Source: an uncultured virus (IMG/VR IMGVR_UViG_2061766007_000564) (Duplodnaviria > Heunggongvirae > Uroviricota > Caudoviricetes). Taken from it: a DNA stretch of 56,322 bases. Below are positions 10,778 to 19,768 of this stretch, one piece after another. The stretch is taken from the IMG/VR virus record IMGVR_UViG_2061766007_000564. One strand, 5' to 3'. How positions within the stretch are numbered: position 1 is the first letter of the stretch; every line of letters begins with the position of its first letter. A program made the translations under genes and the position numbers. The notes beneath the pieces were generated by a model. The model did no database searches and had not been told where the DNA came from. It was given only the letters and a program-made list of their open reading frames with translations.

Positions 10778-11560
10778 ATGGCTTCAAGCGCAAAGGAAAA
10801 GAAATACCGCGGTCCACGTCAGAAGAGGGTGCCTGTGATGGCGCCGGAGTTCGATGCCAACGGGCACCAGACGAAGACCTCGATGATGTACGGGCGAATA
10901 GACCCGGCATACCTTACCAGACTCATAATGGAATACAAGGCCGTGATGGACCCGTTCGCCGCAGAACGTGCCGCCGTCGCCAAGGTCGACAAGGAAAAGG
11001 CCGCGAAGATGGTGCCGCCGCAGATGAGCGAGCACCTCGGCGTATGTGTCGACATCATCATAAAGAAGACGCTGGGTCTTCCGCGATGGAGGGAATACAC
11101 GCCGTCGTGGCACGAGGAGATGTACGCCCATGCCCTGATGCTCATCCTCCGGTACATCCACCGCTTCAACCCGAACAAGGTGAAGTCTGACCCGTATTTC
11201 TACGTAGGCATGATTGCCTGGAACGCATGCAACCAGGTGTGGAACATACTTGACAGGCAGAACCAGAGGGTAAAGTTCATCCCGTTGGTGGAGGGGATAT
11301 ATCACAACGTCATCTCGATGGACCAGTACGCCGGCGTTCTCGAGAAGGAAGAGAAGCGCAAGGCCGAGAAGAAGAAGGCCGACCTTGCCAATGAGAGCAG
11401 CGTGACCGTCGACGATGCCGCCACGATGATGAAGGAAATCGACGAGGCGGCGGGCATCCACATCGAGGACGACTGGCTCGCCCAGCTCAACATCAAGAGG
11501 GCCATGAAGAAGGTGAAGGAGGCCGATGCGGCCGCGGAACCTTCGGAAAGCGCCGAATAG
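10778..11560 (+). CDS. gp55: Late-transcription sigma factor, T4 gp55-like
   Basis: PQMSEHLGVCVDIIIKKTLGLPRWREYT..WHEEMYAHALMLILRYIHRFNPNKVKSDPYFYVGMIAWNA parallels the gp55 core (IG.C..KIA..L..RPNF.GY..EMIADG...YLHNFD..K..NP.AY.TQI.FNAF). Confidence 0.82.
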   Translation: MASSAKEKKYRGPRQKRVPVMAPEFDANGHQTKTSMMYGRIDPAYLTRLIMEYKAVMDPFAAERAAVAKVDKEKAAKMVPPQMSEHLGVCVDIIIKKTLGLPRWREYTPSWHEEMYAHALMLILRYIHRFNPNKVKSDPYFYVGMIAWNACNQVWNILDRQNQRVKFIPLVEGIYHNVISMDQYAGVLEKEEKRKAEKKKADLANESSVTVDDAATMMKEIDEAAGIHIEDDWLAQLNIKRAMKKVKEADAAAEPSESAE

Positions 11561-11570
11561 GATACGATAG

Positions 11571-11599
11571 ACCCGGGAAACCCCCGGGTTTTCCTTTTT
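11571..11599 (+). terminator. Intrinsic terminator
   Basis: ACCCGGG-aaacc-CCCGGGT plus T-rich tail. Confidence 0.7.
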
Positions 11600-11651
11600 G
11601 CGCATCCGTGGAACATATAAACTTTGGGTGTTATAAAACACGGGGTAACCT

Positions 11652-12128
11652 ATGGGAATCGAGCTCGGTGCAGTTGGTATGTATGGAGGTGGTGGCAACT
11701 TCGACACTCACCCGGATTGGCGTCATGACATGTTCTACCAGGTGCAGAACGCGGTGCGCGGCATCGGCGACATCAAGAGCGGCAAGGCTAACGACTTCCT
11801 TACCCGTGCCTACGAACAGAACTGGTGGCATACGGAGGACAAGCTTGCCGAGCTCCAGGACAAGTTCCTGGAGGACGACATGATTAACAACACCCCGGGT
11901 CGCGGCCAGCGCAACTACCGCAGGATGGAATATGACATCCAGAAGAACCCGAACGGCAAGGGTGCCGCGGAGGACCGCGAGCTCGCCGAGGACCGCAAGG
12001 TGCTTGACGACGGACAGGTGCTGGACCTCATGAAGCAGCACGTGTACTCGATGTGCACCACGGCTTCCGCAGTGAAGAATACGCCTATTACGCAGAAGGA
12101 CTACGCCGACCAGATTAAGCTTCGCTAG
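11652..12128 (+). CDS. Hypothetical late protein
   Basis: 158-aa ORF, TATAAACT at 11616-11623 upstream, strong codon bias. Confidence 0.75.
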   Translation: MGIELGAVGMYGGGGNFDTHPDWRHDMFYQVQNAVRGIGDIKSGKANDFLTRAYEQNWWHTEDKLAELQDKFLEDDMINNTPGRGQRNYRRMEYDIQKNPNGKGAAEDRELAEDRKVLDDGQVLDLMKQHVYSMCTTASAVKNTPITQKDYADQIKLR

Positions 12129-12228
12129 TTCTTTTTGTTACCGCACTATGTTTCAAAGGATGACCGGGATGTTTAAATTCCGGCCATTTTTGTTTCTTTC
12201 CGATGGATATTCCTTTGTGTGGAATAGT

Positions 12229-12244
12229 TGGCACGGATTTTGCT
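12229..12244 (+). promoter_or_regulatory. Sigma-54 (RpoN) -24/-12 promoter
   Basis: TGGCAC-GGATT-TTGCT matches TGGCAC-N5-TTGCW exactly, ending 37 nt before the hsp20 ATG. Confidence 0.75.
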
Positions 12245-12281
12245 TATAGTTGGGCAAACAAGCAAAAGAAGGAGCTTAATT

Positions 12282-12698
12282 ATGGCTAACAAGAATCTCA
12301 TCTACCCTGGTTTCAGCATGTTCTTCGACGATATGCCCACAACAAACTGGTTCGACAACTTCATTGACAAGTTCCAGCGTCGGATGGCGGAGGATACACC
12401 GAAGGATGGAACGTTGAAGCCCCGTTACTACACGAACGCTGACGGTACGGAACTGTACGTCGAGCTTCCTGGATGCAAGAAGGAGAACGTCTCGGTCGAG
12501 TTCGACAACGAGTCCGGTGTCGTGGTCAAGGCTACGAGGGAAGTGGCTGGCAAGAAGGACAGCTACCGTATCTCGTTCAGGCCTGAGCGCGGCGGAATCG
12601 ATGTCGACGAGATGAAGCCGACGTTCGTGGATGGGCTGCTCGCCATTCCGGTGAAGGAGAAGAAACAGGAAACCACGAGGAGAATCGCTATCGAGTAA
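12282..12698 (+). CDS. hsp20: Small heat-shock protein (Hsp20/alpha-crystallin)
   Basis: LYVELPGCKKENVSVEF..IDVDEMKPTFVDGLLAIPV..RRIAIE (IXI tail). AAGGAG RBS before ATG 12282. Confidence 0.92.
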   Translation: MANKNLIYPGFSMFFDDMPTTNWFDNFIDKFQRRMAEDTPKDGTLKPRYYTNADGTELYVELPGCKKENVSVEFDNESGVVVKATREVAGKKDSYRISFRPERGGIDVDEMKPTFVDGLLAIPVKEKKQETTRRIAIE

Positions 12699-12714
12699 AG
12701 TAAAGAACAAAAAG

Positions 12715-12741
12715 AAAGACCGGCTTAAGCCGGCCTTTTTT
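12715..12741. terminator. Bidirectional terminator between convergent genes
   Basis: A-run, GACCGGC-ttaa-GCCGGCC, T-run. Confidence 0.7.
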
Positions 12742-13477
12742 ATTTATCTGCAACGATATTCGTTGGAGAATCCTTTGTACCGGATGACTTGATTTGGGAT
12801 TTAAACTGCTCGGGGTTCACCGTCTTCGGCGTGTCTGCGTAATGCAGGATGAAGGCATGTGGACTGGTCGGTTCCCTGTTTTCTGGTGTAAGCACGAACA
12901 GTTTTTCGTGACTGCTGTCGATTAGTTTACGGGTAGGATAATAGAAGTGCTGACCGATTCGCACGCCTTCTCCCTTGGATACGGTATCGATGCGTTCGCG
13001 TACAGCTGTGGCCGCGTCGCCGTACTTGTGTGCGTCCTGCGGGAGTACCCAATCATGGAGGAGGCCGGTAACGTCATTCTTGGCGAGGAATGCCTTTGCC
13101 TTGTCATCCACCGGCTTGAGGCTGAAAATGCAGCCGGATACGTCCTGTGCTTCCATCAGGTGGTTGGCATACTTGTCGAGTGTTTCCATGAGACGGGTCT
13201 TGATGTCTTCCGGCTGGCTGGATTCGATGATGGTCTTGCCGACGCCTTCGACGAAAGCCTTCCTGGAAAGACCGGAAGCCTTGCACTGCTCGTCGAGCTT
13301 GGCAAAACCGGCTGCCTCGACCATGGCCTTGTGCTGGGCCTCTTCCTTTGCCTTGCGCTTGCGGTATTCGGCTGCAATCAGGTTGACGCCTTCCGTAAGG
13401 GCGTTAATTTTCTTCGCGTCATAACCCTTGGCCTTGAGAGCCTGGAGTTCGTCGATGAACTTGTCAATCTTTCTCAT
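12740..13477 (-). CDS. Hypothetical protein, probable internal head protein
   Basis: MRKIDKF... with several Phi-X-E-(G/A/S) motifs in the N-terminal half. Minus-strand TATAAACTA at 13511-13519. Confidence 0.7.
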   Translation of the reverse strand: MRKIDKFIDELQALKAKGYDAKKINALTEGVNLIAAEYRKRKAKEEAQHKAMVEAAGFAKLDEQCKASGLSRKAFVEGVGKTIIESSQPEDIKTRLMETLDKYANHLMEAQDVSGCIFSLKPVDDKAKAFLAKNDVTGLLHDWVLPQDAHKYGDAATAVRERIDTVSKGEGVRIGQHFYYPTRKLIDSSHEKLFVLTPENREPTSPHAFILHYADTPKTVNPEQFKSQIKSSGTKDSPTNIVADK

Positions 13478-13556
13478 GGTAAATCTTCCCGGCAAATGCC
13501 CGTTTATGCGTAGTTTATAGCATCGGCAGAATCACAAGCAGCATAAACTACCGGTT

Positions 13557-15457
13557 ATGCAGCGGTACTACTACGTTCGTGAAGTCGAGAAGATTCTTAT
13601 AGGGTTGTACGACATGTTCGACAACCTCCGGGTAAACAAGTACCTGGACCCCCAGAGGAAGGTCATTGACAAGACTGTCAAGGTGCCGCTGGTTACACAC
13701 TATTCCAAGGATTTTGCCAACTACCTGTCGTCTACCACGTCGAAGCAGATTCTCCAGGTTCTCCCGGTCGCAGGCCTGAGGTATACCGGGGACGCCCGAG
13801 ATGACGCGAACATGACGCAGCCGACATATGCCCGCGAAATCTACTGCCGGGACCAGGATTTCTGGATACGGGACATCCAGCCGAGGGCATACGTGTTCAA
13901 GTTCGAACTGACACTGCTTTCAGGCAACACGTCCGACATGTGGCAGCTCAAGGAAAATCTCCAGCCTTACTACCAGACGTACCGGACGCTCCGCCTGAAG
14001 GAATTCGACTTCTGCCCGGAGATAGAGCGCGAGGTCCCCGTGTGCATTACGGGATGGTCCGACGAGGTAAGGGACGAGACCGACCTCAACGCCAACGATG
14101 GACAGGTGTACCAGACCACGTACCAGATTGAGGCGCATGGCGTGATGCACTGCCCGTACATGCTCCCGGCGGAAATCCGCTATGCGCANNNNNNNNNNCG
14201 GCGTGATGCACTGCCCGTACATGCTCCCGGCGGAAATCCGCTATGCGCAGATGGACTTCAACGTCGGGAAGAAGCTCATCGACAGCGAGCAGATTCTGGT
14301 CTACCCCGACGAGATTGCGAAGCAGAAGCGCAAGCTTTGGGAGACGGTATCCCCGTCGACCAGGGACGGCTTCTCGCTGCTTAAGAGTCTCGCAAGGACA
14401 CTGGTCCGCAGGTCTACCGTGGACGGCGAGGAGTACTGGAGCGACGAGACGCTCAGGTACGCCATGCTCACATACAACGAGATTACCGGGTACGACCTGA
14501 ACGGCGAGCCCACCGGCTTCAACCCGGTGACGTACAACACGGACGACGGGAGCGGGCTCATCGAGCAGTACGTGAGGAACCCTGACGGTTCCTACGCGAG
14601 GGACGAGAACGGTGACTACATTACGGAGAAGGTGCCGGCATACAGCTGGGAGCAGGTAATAGTCGACGACGTGGAGCGTCCCACGGAGGTCCCGTCTTTC
14701 GACCTGCTGCACCTGACTTTTGACGACGACAGCTCCTTCGCCAAGGACTTTAGCGGTCTTGGAAGGGACTTCGTCGCCATCAACGACGAGAACAGGAAGT
14801 TCGTCCCNNNNNNNNNNCGTCGACGACGTGGAGCGTCCCATGGAGGTCCCGTCTTTCGACCTGCTGCACCTGACTTTCGACGACGACAGCTCTTTCGCCA
14901 AGGACTTCAGTGGCCTTGGAAGGGACTTCGTCGCCATCAACGACGAGAACAGGAAGTTCGTCCCGAACGTCCCTCCCGGTAACGGCAGCGACGCCCCGGA
15001 GGGATACGAGTCCACCGGGCTGCAGCTGGATTCGGACAGCCCGGAAGGCGTGAAGCCCTGGTCGCAGATACTGGAATGGTTCGGTGACAACAAGGAAGGC
15101 AAGATTGGCAGCCCGTTCACCTTCAAGGCGACACTGCAGTTCAAGGAGAGTACTCCGGGGGATACCGTGTTCCAGTACCTGTATAACCCGGACGACGTGA
15201 CCCTCGAGGACGGCACGGTCATACCCGCCGGCGAGGTATGGTTTGACTGGGGCGTGATGGATTCCAGGCTGTATTTCACCTACAAGACGACCACCCAGTT
15301 CCGTACGTTCCGGACGGACACTTTCGAATTCGACAACAAGGCAATCTACTCGTTCTACTTCGTGCTGTACAACGGCGGGGAGAGCGGCTCGTTCGGTGTC
15401 AAGACGAACCTTAACGACACGATGATTGCCCTGACCACATACGAGGCCGACGAATAA
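13557..15457 (+). CDS. gp15: Tail terminator / sheath stabiliser, T4 gp15-like, with long C-terminal extension (gapped, duplicated pieces)
   Basis: YYYVREVEKILIGLYDMFDNL..KVPL..LPVAGL..PRAYVFKFELTLL..DMWQLKENLQPYY matches the gp15 pattern. The frame continues via overlapping pieces to the stop at 15457. Confidence 0.78.
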
Positions 15458-16176
15458 TGGATATCAAGGAGAGAATCGCTAGACAGATGCGGAAGGCCGG
15501 CGCGAAACCGGCCGCCCCGGTCGTCCAGCCGGTAGCCCCGGCGCCGAGCGTGGCCGTATCTGACCGCATAAGCAAGCAGATTAACCGTGCGAAGGTGGAT
15601 GCCGCTGTCGCGGCTACGAAGACTCCACCACCAGACTACGTCTACAGGGAACCGAGGATGCCCCGGGCTACCCCGGAGGCAATCGTCAAGAGCTTCCTGG
15701 AGGACAGGATTTACGACGACATCCCGATGGAGAAGAGCAAGATTGACCCGTCCCGCATAACGAGCGTGGCGGACGTCCACCGGGTAATGATATCGGAACA
15801 GCCGCGCGAGTACGTGGTCAGCACCGAGGAGCAGGCGAAGCACGGCTCGCCGAGCTTCGGGAACATCGGCATGGAGTCTCTGGAAGGCGACGGGTATGCC
15901 GACCTGAGGAAGGACAGGAACGCCGACCTGCACGAACGCATCGTCGAGTCCCCGGAAGAGCAGCAGCAGCAGATGCCGTTCAACGCAATCAAGATTGACC
16001 TGAGCGGCAGCTTCGGCAACGTGAAGGAATTGACCCCGGAACCCCCGGTACAGCCGGCTACGCCGCCACCGATTGACGCATCGGTCGGGAATGGCGACAA
16101 CCAGGTCGAGATGAACGGGGCACAGAAACAGATGCTGGCCGCGATGAGGGCACAGCGAAGGGCATTGAATTTATAA
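15457..16176 (+). CDS. Hypothetical Pro/Ala-rich protein
   Basis: 239-aa ORF translationally coupled (TAATG) to gp15. Confidence 0.75.
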   Translation: MDIKERIARQMRKAGAKPAAPVVQPVAPAPSVAVSDRISKQINRAKVDAAVAATKTPPPDYVYREPRMPRATPEAIVKSFLEDRIYDDIPMEKSKIDPSRITSVADVHRVMISEQPREYVVSTEEQAKHGSPSFGNIGMESLEGDGYADLRKDRNADLHERIVESPEEQQQQMPFNAIKIDLSGSFGNVKELTPEPPVQPATPPPIDASVGNGDNQVEMNGAQKQMLAAMRAQRRALNL

Positions 16177-16194
16177 CAGAAAGGAGAATGCTAT

Positions 16195-16869
16195 ATGGGC
16201 ATGTCTATCAGAGAAAGAATGGCGTTGCAGGCACGTGCCGCTGCCGCATCGCATGTAAAGCCGGTTACCGCGGCCACTACGGTCGCCACGGTGAGCGCGG
16301 CATCCAGGGCGGCAAAGCAGGCCAGCGTAGTGCACGCTACCGCATCGAGCCCGACTGTGGGGATTCCTCCCGAGGCCAAGGCTACGTCTTCGTCCATGGG
16401 CGCTGCACAGCGTATCGCTAGACAGGGAAATGTGGCGAAGCAGAACAGCGCCGCCGCGGCACGCATGGCTCCCCCGCCGGAACCTGCGGCTACCGTGACG
16501 ATGAGCGCCGCCGAGCGCATCCGCAAGCAGGCCATTGTCGCAGCCGCACAGAAGTCCGGCACCAGCAGGGCCGAGGTTAACGAGCAGGTGCTTGCCGACA
16601 TCCGCGCAAAATACGCGGTGTTCCTGGCCGAAATCGAGAAGGAAGTAGGCACGATGGAGCCGATGTATTTCGTGCCGAACCAGGCTACCGAGGAAAAGGT
16701 GGAAGAGGTCGCCGACAAGGTCAACGGCATTTCCACTGCCGAGGGTGAAATGGTCGTGGAGGCTCAGCCCAGCGAACCCGTCCCGAACATGCCTTACCAG
16801 GCAACCCCGGTTATCGAAACCAGGAGGAAGCCGCGCCGCAAGAAGGCATCCGAAACGGAAACTGCCTAG
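16195..16869 (+). CDS. Hypothetical Ala-rich protein
   Basis: 224-aa ORF with AAGGAG RBS. Confidence 0.75.
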   Translation: MGMSIRERMALQARAAAASHVKPVTAATTVATVSAASRAAKQASVVHATASSPTVGIPPEAKATSSSMGAAQRIARQGNVAKQNSAAAARMAPPPEPAATVTMSAAERIRKQAIVAAAQKSGTSRAEVNEQVLADIRAKYAVFLAEIEKEVGTMEPMYFVPNQATEEKVEEVADKVNGISTAEGEMVVEAQPSEPVPNMPYQATPVIETRRKPRRKKASETETA

Positions 16870-17768
16870 CGCTTGCGGAAAAGGCTCGCCAACGCCTCAA
16901 TCAGCCTGGCGAACCAGCTTGACTTTGAAGTCCCTGCCGTCTCTACGATGGCGGGGATTTCTGTTTTTACTTCCGGTACCGGCTCGACGGGCGCCGGGAT
17001 AGGCTCAGGTTCCGGTTCGGGCTCAGGTTCCGGCTCCGGTTCCTTGCAGGCATCGATTACCGATTTCAGCGACGGACTGAACGGCCAATCGAACTTGTCC
17101 TTGCGCACGTTGGTGTGGTAGAAGATTCCCCGGAACGAGATTGCCTGCGACGTGCTCGCGAACACGGAGTCGTCTTCCTTGAATGCCAGAGGGATTCCGT
17201 GGGTGGAACATAGGTACTTCAGCAGTGCTGCGGTCGCTCCGACCTGCTCCTGCGTCATGCTGGCGTAGTATTCCTTTCCGCGGTATTCGCACCTGTCATA
17301 CAGGTCGGTCTCGCTATCGGAACAGTATGTGTTGCCGTATGCGTCTATCAGTTTCCCGCCCTTGAGAGTAAGCGGGCCGTAGTTTGAAATCTCGATGCCG
17401 ATTGAGTGCTTGGACATCGTGGCGTTGCCCCCGACAGCGCCGCTGCCCAGGTGGTAGCTCCAGTACTTGTCGGGGAAAAGCTCGTATATTCTACCGCCAC
17501 GGTCGACCACGTACGATACTGATACGTGGCTTGTCGGGTTGGTAAGCGCCTGGATGTCCGACGCTATGTACCCGACAGTGAAGTGAAGGCATATGGATGT
17601 CTTTTCCGTTTCGGTCGGGTAGAAGTAGGTAAGGGTTGATGGGCGTATCGAGACAATGCGGTATCCGTCCGGGAGCTCCGTAGTGCCGGCGATTGAATAT
17701 TTCGCTCCGCCGGCGGTCAGGTTGTTGGCGAATTGCGTTTCTTTCGTGGATATTGTAGATGGATGCAT
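16866..17768 (-). CDS. N-acetylmuramoyl-L-alanine amidase (Amidase_2), probable endolysin
   Basis: ICLHFT..VSVSYVVDRGGRIYEL..WSYHLG..SIGIEISN..H..VRKDKFD Zn-amidase motifs, (PE)n linker, minus-strand ATAAACT at 17796-17802. Confidence 0.85.
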   Translation of the reverse strand: MHPSTISTKETQFANNLTAGGAKYSIAGTTELPDGYRIVSIRPSTLTYFYPTETEKTSICLHFTVGYIASDIQALTNPTSHVSVSYVVDRGGRIYELFPDKYWSYHLGSGAVGGNATMSKHSIGIEISNYGPLTLKGGKLIDAYGNTYCSDSETDLYDRCEYRGKEYYASMTQEQVGATAALLKYLCSTHGIPLAFKEDDSVFASTSQAISFRGIFYHTNVRKDKFDWPFSPSLKSVIDACKEPEPEPEPEPEPEPIPAPVEPVPEVKTEIPAIVETAGTSKSSWFARLIEALASLFRKR

Positions 17769-17855
17769 GTTGTATTCTCGTATTTTGCCGTATAAAGTTT
17801 ATTGCGGCCGGGAGGATGGTATAAACTCCCGGTATAAGTCCAAGAGGATTTCATT

Positions 17856-18398
17856 ATGTCAATGCAGGATGTGTTGCGCGAAGGTATCATGGGAGTGGTT
17901 AACGACGAGGAACAGACCGCCATGATTATGGCGGTGTGCGAGTCGGTGGCCAGGTCCGCCGCGGGGTCCGCCAAGGGTAAGGCCATGCTGGAAGCCGCCG
18001 ACGGAAAGGGCAAGTCTTACGACACGCTCAAGGACATGGCCATGTGGTTGCTGACCGAGAGCAACGCGCTTAACGTAATCCACTGGAATGTGGACCGCAA
18101 CAGCAAGCACGAACTTCTCGACGAGGCGTACAGCCTGTGTCGCGATACCGGCGACAAGCTGGCCGAGGCGTACATCGCAATCGTGGACAAGGCAATCGAT
18201 GTGAAGAATGCCCCGGCGTTCCCTAGCACCGACTCCAAGGACGAGGCCGTGCTGGCACATCTCAAGACCCTGCAGAAGCGCATGCAGGAAGCCGTCGAGA
18301 AGAACCCGAATTTCAGCGAGGGCGTGAAGAACATCTTTGCCGATTTCGATGAACAAATCACGACCATCATCTACAAGTGGGCGCGGTTTAGCGCATAG
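17856..18398 (+). CDS. Dps/ferritin-like protein with N-terminal extension
   Basis: IHWNV..KHELLDEAY..DKLAE ferroxidase-site pattern. TATAAACT at 17820-17827 and GAGG RBS. Confidence 0.72.
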   Translation: MSMQDVLREGIMGVVNDEEQTAMIMAVCESVARSAAGSAKGKAMLEAADGKGKSYDTLKDMAMWLLTESNALNVIHWNVDRNSKHELLDEAYSLCRDTGDKLAEAYIAIVDKAIDVKNAPAFPSTDSKDEAVLAHLKTLQKRMQEAVEKNPNFSEGVKNIFADFDEQITTIIYKWARFSA

Positions 18399-18405
18399 GT
18401 CATAT

Positions 18406-19095
18406 ATGTCCTCAGCATATAATAATTACATTCATAATATTGCAAAGCAATGCATTCTTGCCGAGTCGATTGAGCATGCTTTGACTGATGGATATAAAGT
18501 GTGCCGCGAGTATGCTGTATTAAATGAAGGCATATCCGCCAAGGTAAAAAATATATTTGGTGCCGGTTTGGTTGCACTATCGGCACTGGCTGGGACAGTA
18601 GGATTAACTGGATGTGATATTGCTCATGATGAAGCATGTGGCCATTATATTCAGAATATTCCTATGCTGAAGTCTCATATGACTACACCGGAAGCAATTG
18701 AAAAATATCATATCGATACGGTTGAAGGTAAAGAACAGCTGATGGAGGAGGCAAAGAAGGTAGCGGATTCTTTGTACATGACCAATGCTGAAGGGGAAAT
18801 GGGGTCGTCATATATCAAATACCTTGCAAAGGCAGCTAGGTCTTTAGGAGACTTTGGTGTACTAGCTAGTGCAGTCGATGTCGGCCATATTATGCTAAAT
18901 AGCATAAAGACCGGAAAATGCACAGATGGGATGGCTTATGAGGAAAAGGATATCGATAAATATCCTTATAATGCAAAACGGTCTACTACCGATTCATTCA
19001 TGAACCCATCTATTGGCTTTTCTAATGGAAAGGTTGGCGTTGGGTTTGGCAGTGGTGTACCTGGCTTTAATTTCAGTAATATAGTTGATTTTTAA
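18406..19095 (+). CDS. Hypothetical low-GC protein with internal lipoprotein-type signal (LTGC)
   Basis: ORF from ATG 18406. KVK, hydrophobic stretch and LTGC lipobox at residues 46-70. Markedly AT-rich versus flanks. Confidence 0.7.
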   Translation: MSSAYNNYIHNIAKQCILAESIEHALTDGYKVCREYAVLNEGISAKVKNIFGAGLVALSALAGTVGLTGCDIAHDEACGHYIQNIPMLKSHMTTPEAIEKYHIDTVEGKEQLMEEAKKVADSLYMTNAEGEMGSSYIKYLAKAARSLGDFGVLASAVDVGHIMLNSIKTGKCTDGMAYEEKDIDKYPYNAKRSTTDSFMNPSIGFSNGKVGVGFGSGVPGFNFSNIVDF

Positions 19096-19117
19096 ATATA
19101 ATGACTATATTTGTATA

Positions 19118-19144
19118 GGGAGGTCCGTAAAGGGACCTCCCTTT
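19118..19144 (+). terminator. Strong hairpin (terminator or 5' stabilising stem)
   Basis: GGGAGGTCC-gtaaag-GGACCTCCC-TTT, 4 nt after a CTATATTTG motif. Confidence 0.55.
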
Positions 19145-19177
19145 CGTAACTAAACTTGTTACGGGAGGGAACGCGTC

Positions 19178-19768
19178 ATGGACTTCAAGAAGAGAATGGC
19201 AGAAGAAATCGAAGAGATGCTCCGGCACAAGTACATTGAGTCCGAGAAGGCCGGACACGACCTGGGAGAGGAATGCCTGACCAAGTGGCCGAGCGAGCAC
19301 GGGGAGGCATGGCGCATCGGGTTCAACCAGCGCAACATGATGGACCTGGGCGACGGGAAGAGGCCGGTGTATTTCGGTGCCTTCCTCGGCGACGAATCCA
19401 AGGTGCTCCTGATGGAAAGGTTCGGCCACCTTGTTCCCGACGGGTGGAGGACTTACTGCAACCACTGCACACTGTCGTTCGGTGACCCTTCCGACAACAA
19501 GGACGTGTTCGACTACATAGCCACCTTCCTCGGCAAGACTGTCGAGTTCGAGGTTGTCTCTATCGGCATTTCCGACGAAGCGGTCGCCCTTGGAGTGTCC
19601 GGGAACATCAGGTCCAAGAACGCGATACCGCACATAACTCTGGCCGTGCCTCCAGGAGGCAAGCCGGTAAACTCGAACAAGATTGAAAACTGGAGGGATG
19701 TCGAGGAACCTTGCACCGTGTATGGGGTGGTAGACTCGTATCCGAGTCATTTTGGATGGCAACACTAG
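19178..19768 (+). CDS. 2H phosphoesterase (cyclic phosphodiesterase-like) fused to a small N-terminal helical domain
   Basis: Paired HxT motifs HCTL and PHITL, plus KPVNSN. N-terminal EMLRHKYIESEKAGHDLG..W domain resembles DUF4032-type domains. Confidence 0.75.
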   Translation: MDFKKRMAEEIEEMLRHKYIESEKAGHDLGEECLTKWPSEHGEAWRIGFNQRNMMDLGDGKRPVYFGAFLGDESKVLLMERFGHLVPDGWRTYCNHCTLSFGDPSDNKDVFDYIATFLGKTVEFEVVSIGISDEAVALGVSGNIRSKNAIPHITLAVPPGGKPVNSNKIENWRDVEEPCTVYGVVDSYPSHFGWQH

